A DNA stretch of 64,000 nucleotides from an uncultured virus (IMG/VR IMGVR_UViG_3300003702_000449) (lineage: Duplodnaviria; Heunggongvirae; Uroviricota; Caudoviricetes): the IMG/VR virus record IMGVR_UViG_3300003702_000449; one strand, written 5' to 3'. This document shows, in pieces, positions 1 to 9,500 of the stretch. The stretch's first letter is position 1; each line of letters begins with the position of its first letter. A model generated the notes under the pieces. The model ran no database searches, was not told the DNA's origin, and saw only the letters and a program-made list of their open reading frames with translations. The translations under genes and the position numbers were made by a program.

Positions 1-36
1 TTAAGTAGCCAAAGGATCATAAGAACCAGTTGGGCA

Positions 37-285
37 TTAACCTTTGCTAATTCGTTCATCAACCACATTTCTCTCAATTATCCTTCTATGTAGAGGCTTT
101 CTTCTATAAACTGTAAGGAGGATTAATCCATGGAATAGAGTTGTAACTATTAGTCCAAAGCCCATTATAGGACCAGATCCTAATTTGGTACAACCCATAA
201 GTGCAATAATCCAACTTATGCTTCCTATAGTAAGAAAACCTTTCCTAATGGTTATCTTTCCAAGATTAAGTTTACGTCTAGCCAT
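37..285 (-). CDS. small membrane protein (2 TM), hypothetical
   Basis: Two hydrophobic stretches flanked by basic residues; coupled to the upstream ORF. Confidence 0.55.
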   Translation of the reverse strand: MARRKLNLGKITIRKGFLTIGSISWIIALMGCTKLGSGPIMGFGLIVTTLFHGLILLTVYRRKPLHRRIIERNVVDERISKG

Positions 286-466
286 TGGCTTGTACTTTCA
301 CATCAAATCCGAACCCATTAGTAGGAGGAACAAACCAGCCTACTTTCGCCTGAACTATGGCACAGTAGCCTGTAGGATGTTCCGGATCTTGGGCCCTGTC
401 TGTCCTAACGGAATATGTCCGTCCACATCCCATACAAACTACCTCTGTAGTAATGTCCATCATCAT
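278..466 (-). CDS. small hypothetical protein with CxxC
   Basis: GGTGGAGGAG SD directly upstream; first gene after the promoter at 519-548. Confidence 0.6.
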   Translation of the reverse strand: MMMDITTEVVCMGCGRTYSVRTDRAQDPEHPTGYCAIVQAKVGWFVPPTNGFGFDVKVQANG

Positions 467-518
467 TCTCCTCCACCTTTTTATTTTAAGAAGACGGGTC
501 TTGCTTCTTATATTAAGT

Positions 519-548
519 ATTATAGCATTTGTTAATGAAGGATGTCAA
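519..548 (-). promoter_or_regulatory. sigma70-type promoter TTGACA-N18-TATAAT with extended -10 (TGn)
   Basis: Minus strand reads TTGACA tccttcattaacaaatgc TATAAT in an intergenic gap. Confidence 0.8.
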
Positions 549-636
549 CTGAAGCCTGTTTATTTTATTATTGTATAATTTCAACAAGGTCTGAAATAAA
601 TTTTGCCAAAAATTAAAAAAAAGCAGCCCAGGACCT
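519..636. repeat. ~115 bp promoter-containing intergenic module, copy A (copy B at 22416-22530)
   Basis: Colinear shared blocks: atagcat.tgtta, atgtcaac, tattattg.a.aattt, caaca, aattaaaaaaa, gacct. Confidence 0.7.
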
Positions 637-1252
637 AGGGATTAGTCCGTTGCCTCAGAGCCTCATATAGTCTATAAGTGATTAGAACATCTGCTGCTGC
701 TCTATGGGCAGTTACATCATTAGTTTGGACATTTTGATCTTCACAGGCTACTTTAAGATTATACTTTAGGCCTTTAACAGGCTGATCCAGGACTCTACTA
801 GCATAAAGCATAAAGAGCTCTCCATCCTTCATTGGGGCTTCCATCTTATAACCTTTATAGATAACTGCAGTATCAATTAGTCTACTTAAGCCTAAAACTG
901 AGGCTAAAGGATGCTTATACTTCCTGGCGGTATTCAATAGGAATGGATGGTCAAATCTGAATATATTATGTCCTACTAAAGGATAGTCTGTTCCTATTAG
1001 TTCATAAAACCAATCAAGGGCTTGAATGATTGGGATACCAGACGATTCTAAATCATAGTTACTTATTCCAGTAATACGAGTTATATTCCTACTAAGTTTT
1101 TGGCCTTCAGGCATTTCAATTAGAGTTGAATTAGACTTTAAGGGTTCTCCATTCCTAACAAAAGTATATCCTATTTCTATAATAGAATCGTTGTCAAAGG
1201 ATAAGCCAGAAGTCTCAATATCAAAGCATATGTAAGTTGAAGGTAGTTGCAT
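635..1252 (-). CDS. DEDDh 3'-5' exonuclease (DnaQ / Pol III epsilon-like)
   Basis: FDIETSG, VGHNIFRFD and HRAAADV motifs. Confidence 0.9.
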   Translation of the reverse strand: MQLPSTYICFDIETSGLSFDNDSIIEIGYTFVRNGEPLKSNSTLIEMPEGQKLSRNITRITGISNYDLESSGIPIIQALDWFYELIGTDYPLVGHNIFRFDHPFLLNTARKYKHPLASVLGLSRLIDTAVIYKGYKMEAPMKDGELFMLYASRVLDQPVKGLKYNLKVACEDQNVQTNDVTAHRAAADVLITYRLYEALRQRTNP

Positions 1253-1420
1253 TTACTTGGCCGCTCCTTTATCAAAGGCCTTAATTTCTATTAACTTTTG
1301 TAAGATATAGTTTTTGGTATCTTCTTTATTACAGCCTAATCTACTGTGTAAGATTACTGTTATGTTTGCTAGAGTTGATTCTTCTGATTCAATAAAGCGG
1401 TCTATTTCATTAAATTTCAT
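1253..1420 (-). CDS. small hypothetical protein (55 aa, not in ORF track)
   Basis: Open frame MKFNEIDRFIESEE... fills the gap exactly; TGATG overlap with the upstream gene. Confidence 0.5.
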   Translation of the reverse strand: MKFNEIDRFIESEESTLANITVILHSRLGCNKEDTKNYILQKLIEIKAFDKGAAK

Positions 1421-1650
1421 CACCAATTCCAATAAGAAAGAAGTTCATCAATATATTCTTTAGACTTCTTAAGTTCTAATTTAGTGTTAGAAAGATTTTG
1501 TTCAAGGTATTTTATTTCCCACTCTAAATGGATTTTATTAGGACTTTCTTGGTATTTTACTTGATGGACAATAGTAGCAACTAAAGCAATAATTAGTACT
1601 ATTGTCCACAAGGTACCAAAGCTATAAGCTAGGTACTTCTTTAAAGTCAT
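1420..1650 (-). CDS. small membrane protein with coiled coil
   Basis: N-terminal TM followed by a heptad-like segment. Confidence 0.55.
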   Translation of the reverse strand: MTLKKYLAYSFGTLWTIVLIIALVATIVHQVKYQESPNKIHLEWEIKYLEQNLSNTKLELKKSKEYIDELLSYWNW

Positions 1651-1840
1651 ATCTTTTACACCTGCTACACATAGTCTCCTTTAGTTCCATGAGACCACCA
1701 CACATAGGACAAGGATCAGTAGGTATCATTTCACGCTCATAGAAAAGCTCTAAAATACAGACGAGACAAGCAGAATCTCCATCATCATTAGTAGCTATTT
1801 CTAATTCACTAGGTTCATGCTTTTCACATACTATAGACAT
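1622..1840 (-). CDS. small Cys-rich (Zn-binding) protein
   Basis: CxxH, CxxC, CxxC, CxxC. Confidence 0.55.
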   Translation of the reverse strand: MSIVCEKHEPSELEIATNDDGDSACLVCILELFYEREMIPTDPCPMCGGLMELKETMCSRCKRYDFKEVPSL

Positions 1841-4140
1841 TCTGAATACGCACAGGCTCTACAAATGGCACAACCTTCTTGATGAACTAATGAATCCCCA
1901 CATCTAGGACATAAATTTCCATTTTGAGACCCTGGTAACATTGGAATAGAAGGTTGGTTTCCATTCAACTGAAGATTAGATGAGAGATCTTCTTTATGAG
2001 AAGGGGTCCCCCAGTTTTGATGTACCATAGGAGGCTCATATTCTGCTAGAATTTTTCCAAGGGCATCAGGTACTGAAGTTACAGTCTGACCATCTGAAAA
2101 GGCTGTATGTGGACACGAAATTCCTTGTAATTGCTCTGCAAGAAGATTTGGATCAATACCTGAGGATAGAGCAGTTGAAAGAACTCTGCCTAAAGCCTCT
2201 GTAAAGGTATTCACGCAACCTCCAGCTTTCCCCAAGTTAAGAAATACTTCAGTAGGATGGGAATTACCAGAGTTAATAGTTGCGTAGAGAGTTCCATGAC
2301 CTGTTGCTATTTTAGTAGTTTCACCAAACAACTTCTTAGGTCTATTTTTATCTGGGTCCCCAAATCTATCTATAGTATCTGAAGATCCACTCTGTAATAC
2401 CTGTACTGCCTTACTATTGTTACGGTATATAGTTATGGCTTTACAGCCCAAATCATAAGCAAGCATAAAGGCATCAGATATATCACCTTTAGTGGCTTCT
2501 TCCTTCATATTGATTGTTTTACTTACAGAATTGGTAGTATACCTTTGCCAAACTGCCTGTATCCTAACATGGGCTTCAGGCTCTATCTGCATAGCAGTTC
2601 TGAATAAATTGGGATCTAATCCATATCTTCGTAGAATGGAGAACCTTACACTTTCATCAGCACTCTCTGCTAATTCCTTAATAGCCTCTTCGTTATCCCC
2701 TTTAAGAGTCTCTCTTATAATTCTTGGGCAGTCATAAAGTTGAAGTTGAGACTTATGAACTCCTTCCCAGATGACATTTGATTTCCAGGCAAGGTCAAAG
2801 TGTGGCTCTATACCTGAACTAGTACCTGCAATCCTAGAAATAGAACCTGTAGGTGCAATAGTGGTTACTGAGGAGTTCCTGATACCTATCTCAGTATCAA
2901 TATCTAAGTCTATAAGAGTCTGTTTCAGATCACCTTTATACCAGGCAGACTCTTTATATTCTGGAAAGGCTCCTCTTTCTTCTGCTAACTTTGCAGAAGT
3001 TACTAAGGCACTGGACTTTATGAAATGACCTACTTGTTCTGCAAGACCTAAGGCTGCAGGAGAATCATAAGGAATGCCTCTTTTAATAAGCATATCTGCA
3101 AAGCCCATGACTCCTAAACCTATACGTCTGGTTTTAAGGTTGATTTCTCTTAGTTTAGGAACACCCATAGGAAAGGTATTAACTTCTATAACATCATCTA
3201 AGAATCTTACAGCAAGTTCCACAGTGTTTTCTAACTCTTCCCAATCTAAGTCATGTCCATCTGCTTCAACAAACTCTGCTAAATTAATGGATCCTAAACA
3301 GCAGTTTCCATAATCCTCTAAAAATTCTTCTCCACATGGATTGGAGGTCTGGATATCTCCGAGTTGGGGATTTGGTTGAGTCTCAAGTATCCTATCCAAA
3401 AAGACCACTCCAGGGTCACCAGTCGCCCAAGCACTTTCGCAAATAGCATCCCATAACTCCTGGTATGTAATTGTAGTCTGTATAGCTCCATTCTTAGGAT
3501 TAATAAGAGGAAAGGCTTCATCAGGATTAGTCTTTAACTTCTGCATAAAAGCATCCGGAATCTGAACTGAGATGTTAAAATTCTTAAGTCCATCATTTCC
3601 TACTTTAGCAGTTATGAACTCTATAACATCCGGATGGGATATATGAAGTTGTCCCATATGTGCACCTGAGCGGAAGGAGCCTTGTGTAAGTAAAATACCC
3701 CCCTCAGAATAGTATTTCATTACTGCAACTGGACCACATGCTATTCCATGTGTTGTGGCTATCTTATCCCCTTTAGGACGTAGTTTGGAGAAACCAAAAC
3801 CTATTCCACCACCCCACTTTTCTACCATGCAGGCGTCATTTGCTATGCCTAAAATGGACTCAGCAGTATCTTCTGGAGACATAGTAAAACAGGCAGATAG
3901 TGATCCTCTAGCCTCTCTACCCGCATTAACCAATGTAGGAGAATTAGGAAGAAAGGCTACAGTATTCATTAGGTCATAGAACCTTGTTTGGTACTCCTCT
4001 CTTAGTAGCTCACCTCCCCAAGACATTTCTCCCTCTGCAACTGCAGCAGCTACCCTCATAAACATATCCTCAGGAGTTTCTCCCTCTTGGAGGTATCTCA
4101 TATAAAGAATAGAAGATGCGTTTTCTGTTAAAGTTGTCAT
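1831..4140 (-). CDS. nrdJ: class II (B12-dependent) ribonucleotide reductase with C-terminal TSCPD domain and Zn ribbon
   Basis: FLPNSPTL, LSACF, SNPCGEE, CCLGSINL, RRIGLGVMG, TIAPTGSIS, SVSKTIN; terminal CPRCG...EGC..C..C.YS.C; no nrdB nearby. Confidence 0.92.
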   Translation of the reverse strand: MTTLTENASSILYMRYLQEGETPEDMFMRVAAAVAEGEMSWGGELLREEYQTRFYDLMNTVAFLPNSPTLVNAGREARGSLSACFTMSPEDTAESILGIANDACMVEKWGGGIGFGFSKLRPKGDKIATTHGIACGPVAVMKYYSEGGILLTQGSFRSGAHMGQLHISHPDVIEFITAKVGNDGLKNFNISVQIPDAFMQKLKTNPDEAFPLINPKNGAIQTTITYQELWDAICESAWATGDPGVVFLDRILETQPNPQLGDIQTSNPCGEEFLEDYGNCCLGSINLAEFVEADGHDLDWEELENTVELAVRFLDDVIEVNTFPMGVPKLREINLKTRRIGLGVMGFADMLIKRGIPYDSPAALGLAEQVGHFIKSSALVTSAKLAEERGAFPEYKESAWYKGDLKQTLIDLDIDTEIGIRNSSVTTIAPTGSISRIAGTSSGIEPHFDLAWKSNVIWEGVHKSQLQLYDCPRIIRETLKGDNEEAIKELAESADESVRFSILRRYGLDPNLFRTAMQIEPEAHVRIQAVWQRYTTNSVSKTINMKEEATKGDISDAFMLAYDLGCKAITIYRNNSKAVQVLQSGSSDTIDRFGDPDKNRPKKLFGETTKIATGHGTLYATINSGNSHPTEVFLNLGKAGGCVNTFTEALGRVLSTALSSGIDPNLLAEQLQGISCPHTAFSDGQTVTSVPDALGKILAEYEPPMVHQNWGTPSHKEDLSSNLQLNGNQPSIPMLPGSQNGNLCPRCGDSLVHQEGCAICRACAYSECL

Positions 4141-4154
4141 TTCATTCCTTCTTT

Positions 4155-4610
4155 TTAATTTGTACCAGTAGAGCCAAAGCCGCCTGACCCTCTCATAGAG
4201 CTAGTAAGAGGCTTGGAGCCTATATCGTGTAATTTTACCTCTTGTACTATAGTAACAACTGCTTGTGCAATTCTGTCTTCATTACTAACTTTGAACCTTT
4301 CACTACCTAGGTTAATTAGTATTACTTTCACCTCACCTCTATAATCACTATCTATAGTTCCTGGGGAGTTCAGTACCATTATACCTGAATTTGCTGCTAA
4401 GCCTGACCTGGATCTTATCTGGATCTCAAAACCTATAGGAACCTCAAAATGTAGTCCAGTAGGTATGACTGCTATATTCCTAGAGTCTATAAATACCGGA
4501 CTTTCTATATAAGCAGCCAAGTCAAAGCCTGAGGCCCCTTTACTTTCATACTGAGGTATCTTTACATCTTCATGTTCCCTCTTAACTCTTATTATCATTT
4601 GATTCCTCAT
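4155..4610 (-). CDS. dut: trimeric dUTPase
   Basis: ASGFDL, RSRSGLA, GTIDSDYRGE, RIAQ and RGSGGFGSTG motifs. Confidence 0.95.
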   Translation of the reverse strand: MRNQMIIRVKREHEDVKIPQYESKGASGFDLAAYIESPVFIDSRNIAVIPTGLHFEVPIGFEIQIRSRSGLAANSGIMVLNSPGTIDSDYRGEVKVILINLGSERFKVSNEDRIAQAVVTIVQEVKLHDIGSKPLTSSMRGSGGFGSTGTN

Positions 4611-4620
4611 TTTACCTCTT

Positions 4621-6369
4621 TTATAACTTAATTGGTTTAGTTGTTAAACCTATTATCTCTCTATTTTGAACAGTTGAAGTTCTTAAAGTTCTTTCTTTAT
4701 GAATTGAAGCTGTTGGTTCTCCTCTTATTAAATCATTGGGAGATGTTAAACTGGCTCCTGGAGTTACAATCTTTAGTTCATCTCCGTTTAATAAAGACTG
4801 AAACTGTTTTTCACTTAGCTTATATCCACTAAAGCCTGCTGATCTCTGTCTTAAAGTTCCTTCTGGAGTTACAAATCCATAAAACTTCCTCATTATAAAG
4901 TAGGCTCTGGATGCCTCTCCAATAACTTGTAGTTCTCCTGCCACCTCTCCAGTTTCTAAAGTGGCTGTAGTATATATAGAATCTGTATCACAATAGAATA
5001 AGCCTTCATTCCCTACTTTTGCCTGAGCCTCCATCAAGACTTTATGGTGACGAATTCTAGCTTCTGCTCTGATACGCATTGCTACTGCAGGCTTTAAAGT
5101 TTTTAGTAGATGCTTTCTTAAAGATCCATTTATTGGTCTATCCCCTTCTAAGTACTGTTCATCATAATCTAGGAAAGTCCAACCTTCCATATCTTTAATG
5201 GACTCAAAAGTGGATACGTGCTTAATTCTGGTACGTCTAGGATTCTGGGCAAACTTACCTACTAATTGGACCCCTAAAGCTTTCCATAGTCTAGTTAGCT
5301 CAAAGTTCTCATCAGAAGAAGCTTTTTGTCTTAAAGCAATCATCATCCGACCAAAGGGCTCTAATGCTGGGAACTCTTCACATTCTAACTGAATCTGCAG
5401 ATCTACTTTTATACCTAGACTATGTGCATATCTTAGTTCTACCATATCCCACCACCCTTCGAACTTTCCTACTGGAAACAGAAGTGCAGTTCCTATATGA
5501 TAGGGTAAAGGCCCCATAAACCAATCTTCAGGTACATGAACCTTTGCAAAGGCTAGTGTACCTCTATTTATACCCATGTCCTTCTTATTTAGAAATTGCA
5601 TCTCTCCTGTAGGAACATCAGTATCATAGCAACTTACATACATACTTCTAATATCATATAAGTTTAAAGTTTCTCCGTAACGGTTATAGATTTCATTACG
5701 GCCACCATATAAACTATTTCTTATCTGAGTATGATATTGTCCGTTACTATCTATTGTATCTAAATCATAAAGTGCATCATAGATTTTAAGGGCAGTTTGT
5801 CCTAAAGTAGTTCCTGGAGCTTCTATATCAAAAGTATACATTAACCTTTGAACAAATAAGGTATAAACTGCTGAAAGTGCTCTACAATCCCTTTCTAAAT
5901 AAGATCTAAATACTTGTAGTTTCTCAGAAGGCATGTCCCAAATATTTGTAGTTTCTGAATGTTTCCAATCTAGCTTCTTTGGTACATTAAAGGCTTCACA
6001 GGCCCTGTCTAAACTTGTTCTCAATAATAGTCTAGTATCAGTGAATACAAGTTTACCTTCTTTCCATCTTAAGGAGCCTAATCCCGCCATCATATCTATT
6101 GTTTGATTATGTCTTATAAGACACTCAAGGATAAACTTATTATCAAAGTTACTAGAGTTATGTGCGTGGAGTGTAGCACCTCCAAAATTTTCTTTTGCAT
6201 ACTGTAGGAAAGTCCAAATAACATCAGTACCATCTGATGCCTTTAGAAAATCCTTATATGTTCTTCCATCAAATAGTCCTATGGCTATAGGTTCAGTCCA
6301 ACCTAAAGTTTCTATATCAAAGGTATGGACTTTTAGATTTTGGATTACGTCATAGTTAGAAATCACCAC
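4621..6369 (-). CDS. family B DNA polymerase, protein-primed (phi29/PRD1-like) type, degenerate motif B
   Basis: Exo motifs FDIET, HNSSNFD, YLERD; YGGRNE; motif A DIRSMY; TPR1-like LPY...FPVGKFEGWW..EL; motif C YCDTDS; KFY. Confidence 0.88.
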   Translation of the reverse strand: MVISNYDVIQNLKVHTFDIETLGWTEPIAIGLFDGRTYKDFLKASDGTDVIWTFLQYAKENFGGATLHAHNSSNFDNKFILECLIRHNQTIDMMAGLGSLRWKEGKLVFTDTRLLLRTSLDRACEAFNVPKKLDWKHSETTNIWDMPSEKLQVFRSYLERDCRALSAVYTLFVQRLMYTFDIEAPGTTLGQTALKIYDALYDLDTIDSNGQYHTQIRNSLYGGRNEIYNRYGETLNLYDIRSMYVSCYDTDVPTGEMQFLNKKDMGINRGTLAFAKVHVPEDWFMGPLPYHIGTALLFPVGKFEGWWDMVELRYAHSLGIKVDLQIQLECEEFPALEPFGRMMIALRQKASSDENFELTRLWKALGVQLVGKFAQNPRRTRIKHVSTFESIKDMEGWTFLDYDEQYLEGDRPINGSLRKHLLKTLKPAVAMRIRAEARIRHHKVLMEAQAKVGNEGLFYCDTDSIYTTATLETGEVAGELQVIGEASRAYFIMRKFYGFVTPEGTLRQRSAGFSGYKLSEKQFQSLLNGDELKIVTPGASLTSPNDLIRGEPTASIHKERTLRTSTVQNREIIGLTTKPIKL

Positions 6370-6965
6370 TAATCTCCTGGTCTTCTAACTCTTTGATAGT
6401 CCGTTGGCCTTGTGTCTCCTGGAAGAGTAACCCCTTGACCTCCTCCTGAACTCCTTACTGATATAACCATTCTTAAAACTCGATATGGAGACTGTTGATT
6501 TACATAAGCACCAGGTGATCCAGATTGAAGCATACCTAAGATAGCTTCTGCCTTATGTGATAAGGATCTGCCTTCTCCACCTAGTTCTTTAGGACTCTCT
6601 CTACTATCTCCCCAAATAAAAGCATCTATATCTGTGGAGGCAGCAGCTGTATAGTTCCTCTCATTTTCTGCAGACCGTCTGCGTGACCCAGTATTTAGTC
6701 TAACTGAAAAAGATCCATAGAACAGTTCGTAGTCTGAGTATCTATTTGCTTCATAGGCTGCTGCCGTTAATAACAAGTCTATATATCTACCAAACTTGTC
6801 AGGGGTCATGCCTTTTAGGTCATAGACTATATCTACTCCATCACTAAGAGATAGATCACTTCTATTGACCTGACGGGGTCTATTCATTAAGACCCCGTCC
6901 TGTATTAACAAACGAACTGAATCGTTAACCTGACTTCCTCTAGGATACCTCCTAGGTGTTACCAT
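6369..6965 (-). CDS. hypothetical protein coupled to PolB (candidate terminal protein)
   Basis: 1-nt overlap with the polB start; Arg-rich termini. Function inferred from position only. Confidence 0.5.
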   Translation of the reverse strand: MVTPRRYPRGSQVNDSVRLLIQDGVLMNRPRQVNRSDLSLSDGVDIVYDLKGMTPDKFGRYIDLLLTAAAYEANRYSDYELFYGSFSVRLNTGSRRRSAENERNYTAAASTDIDAFIWGDSRESPKELGGEGRSLSHKAEAILGMLQSGSPGAYVNQQSPYRVLRMVISVRSSGGGQGVTLPGDTRPTDYQRVRRPGD

Positions 6966-6968
6966 AGT

Positions 6969-7073
6969 TTATCCTAATTTAGTTATTAGATTATAAGCTA
7001 TCAAGATCCCCATGATGCCTATACCAAAGATCAGTAGACCTTTAGTTGTTTTACTGCCTTTTCCGTATTCCAT
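6969..7073 (-). CDS. 34-aa single-TM peptide (not in ORF track)
   Basis: MEYGKGSKTTKGLLIFGIGIMGILIAYNLITKLG with GAGGAG SD upstream. Confidence 0.55.
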   Translation of the reverse strand: MEYGKGSKTTKGLLIFGIGIMGILIAYNLITKLG

Positions 7074-7091
7074 TATATATCTCCTCTCTAA

Positions 7092-9500
7092 TTATACTTC
7101 AATATCCATCTTGCCCCAAGTTTTACCTACTTTAGCATCAACTTTGAAAGGAACAAGACCCCCTGTGATTTCCTGGGCATACTTTTGCATTTCCTCCTTT
7201 ATAAAGGCAACATTTTCTAAACCTCCTTCTTTAAGATCAAACACTATAGAGTCATGCACTGGAAACATTGGAGTTGCTCCAGTTTGCTCTATAAGAGAAT
7301 ACATATGAAGCATACAGTATAAATTTACATCAGAAGCCATTGATTGTATGCCGAAGTTTCCACCCTGCCTATAAATTTCACTGACATTATCTTTTGTTAG
7401 AAGTGGGAATCTTCGTCTTCGACCAAAGTATGAAACCAATTCCCCTCTCTTATGAACTTGCTGCCTAACTCCTTGATGATACTCTTGTAGTGATGGGAAA
7501 AAGGATTCAATAGTACGAACTAGTTCTATTGCTGCTCCTTCTTCTAACCTTAAACCAGTCTTAAATGATTCAAGGCCCCTTCCATACATCTTACCGAATA
7601 CAGCAGCCTTTGCAGGACCTCTTTCTATTAAGCGTCCAGCCCTTTGACTAGCCTCTCCTGCAACTATATTATGGACATCTACATTCTCTCTAAATAAGCC
7701 TTGCAGATACTCATCACCTGACAGAATAGCATAACATCTAAGCTCCATGCCAGAAAAGTCAACATCTAGGATATACCCAGAGTCCTCAGAAGGAATATAG
7801 ATGTTTTTTATACCACCCCGTTTAGTAATGTTCATTATAGAAGGATCTGCAGTTGAGATCCTACCTGTAACTGTTCCATAAAGTTTTGTATAAGGATGTA
7901 CTCTAGAAGTCCTATCTACAAATTTTCCAAGTCCCCTTAAATAAGTTGACCTTAACTTTTGAAGTTCACGGGCCTCAATAATCATTTTGATACCATCTAT
8001 GTCTAAAAAGTGATTCATCCATTTCTTAGAAGTAGTGTATCCATACTGACGAGAAGGCTCCAACTTCAACTGTTCATACATATATCTTTTTACATCAGCA
8101 GGGGATGAAGGAGTTAGAGGCCAGCCAACTTCTTTCCATATCTCTGTCTCAAGTTTCTGATATTCTATATCAAAGTAATCATCCAGAGACATTATCTCAT
8201 TTATATCTACTTTAATTCCCTGATGCCTAAGGTCATTAAACATATTAGTACAAGGCATCAATAACTTTGCAAAAGTACCATTACCACTTCCTGATATAGA
8301 CTCCTCAAATATCTTCTTGAGTTGGTATGTATAACATACATCACGAGCAGCATAAGGATATAATACATGGTCTGGTATATTATCATAGGAAGCTTTCTTG
8401 TTTGGTAAATAGACCTTTAAGGCTTCTTCCCAATCAGGAGCCCCTAAATACTTTGCTGCCAGTACCTTTAAACCATGTGCAAATTCTCTTTCATCAATTA
8501 AGAAGTGGGCTAACATGGTATCATAGGCTATGATAGGTGAAAAGCCTTCTTGCATAAGGAATCCACAGTCAAAATGCCCATTGTGATATATGCCAGGCTT
8601 AGTATCTATTAGATGATGTACCCCAGGATGGTGGATTAGATAATAAGGAATTATATACCCTACTCTTTCATTAGCTGCAATGGCAATACATCTTATTTTG
8701 TCTGGAGTATGTCCATAAGGATAAAATCCATCTGTAGTTGTTTCAAGGTCAATAACTATTTCTGGAGCCTGAGACAGAGTATCTAGTACACTTGCTATAT
8801 TACTCTCATCTACTATGACTGTCTCAGGATCAGACGCTGCTCTATATCTCTTTTCAGTATATAGTTTACTTACCTCAAAGTTATGTTTTAGATCTGGGAA
8901 TCTATCTGCCTCATGTAGAACTGCTGCTGGTTGTAATGATGGCACTATTACTGAATGGGAACTAATATCTGAGAGGTCTCCGATTGGACCTGCAGGAAAT
9001 GGTAATGAATCCATAGCCTCAGGTACTAATCTTGCTTCTATTAGAGGTCTAAGTTCTTCATTAGTCCGTAAGACTCTACCCATAACTGCCATAACACCAA
9101 CATCATATCCAAGGAATTCCTCAGTTGGGGTTTTTCCTAATGGCATTATAACATCAGGCTGATAATGCTCTATTTCTGCTTTTAATCTAGGCCTACAACA
9201 AGCAGCTGCCTTACGTACTTGACTTTCAGTAGCCTCTTCAGGATACCAACAAGAGAAAGCATTAGTTATATAATAGTTATCAAATCCAGTTGCCTCAACT
9301 GTCTTACGTCCTAATTGACCAGATGGCCCTGTCATGGGGAGCTTCTGTTTAAGTTCTTCTTTAGCAGGAGATATACCTACCAACATTAAAGGTAAGTTTC
9401 CTTCTGGATCCTCTCCAACTAATGTACCAGGAACACAACCTAACTTCTCTTTTGACTGCCTCAAAGGACATTCGTTACACTTACATAGTTCTTCAAACAT
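7092..9500 (-). CDS. polA: family A DNA polymerase with N-terminal uracil-DNA-glycosylase-like domain (SPO1-type architecture)
   Basis: UDG-like CxxCPL, LVGISP..EE, GPSGQL, ITNAFSC; exo DLETT, HNGHFD, YAARD; pol motifs DFSGMELR, AKAAVFGKMYG, VHDS. Confidence 0.93.
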   Translation of the reverse strand: MFEELCKCNECPLRQSKEKLGCVPGTLVGEDPEGNLPLMLVGISPAKEELKQKLPMTGPSGQLGRKTVEATGFDNYYITNAFSCWYPEEATESQVRKAAACCRPRLKAEIEHYQPDVIMPLGKTPTEEFLGYDVGVMAVMGRVLRTNEELRPLIEARLVPEAMDSLPFPAGPIGDLSDISSHSVIVPSLQPAAVLHEADRFPDLKHNFEVSKLYTEKRYRAASDPETVIVDESNIASVLDTLSQAPEIVIDLETTTDGFYPYGHTPDKIRCIAIAANERVGYIIPYYLIHHPGVHHLIDTKPGIYHNGHFDCGFLMQEGFSPIIAYDTMLAHFLIDEREFAHGLKVLAAKYLGAPDWEEALKVYLPNKKASYDNIPDHVLYPYAARDVCYTYQLKKIFEESISGSGNGTFAKLLMPCTNMFNDLRHQGIKVDINEIMSLDDYFDIEYQKLETEIWKEVGWPLTPSSPADVKRYMYEQLKLEPSRQYGYTTSKKWMNHFLDIDGIKMIIEARELQKLRSTYLRGLGKFVDRTSRVHPYTKLYGTVTGRISTADPSIMNITKRGGIKNIYIPSEDSGYILDVDFSGMELRCYAILSGDEYLQGLFRENVDVHNIVAGEASQRAGRLIERGPAKAAVFGKMYGRGLESFKTGLRLEEGAAIELVRTIESFFPSLQEYHQGVRQQVHKRGELVSYFGRRRRFPLLTKDNVSEIYRQGGNFGIQSMASDVNLYCMLHMYSLIEQTGATPMFPVHDSIVFDLKEGGLENVAFIKEEMQKYAQEITGGLVPFKVDAKVGKTWGKMDIEV

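Noticed and set aside
612..642. Intrinsic terminator after the exonuclease gene
   Set aside because: A T-tract is present but the stem is short and weak; not supportable by eye.
3318..3521. Short minus-strand ORFs nested out of frame in larger genes (also 28524-28712 and 47813-47998)
   Set aside because: Fully inside nrdJ or other long genes, with no independent support.
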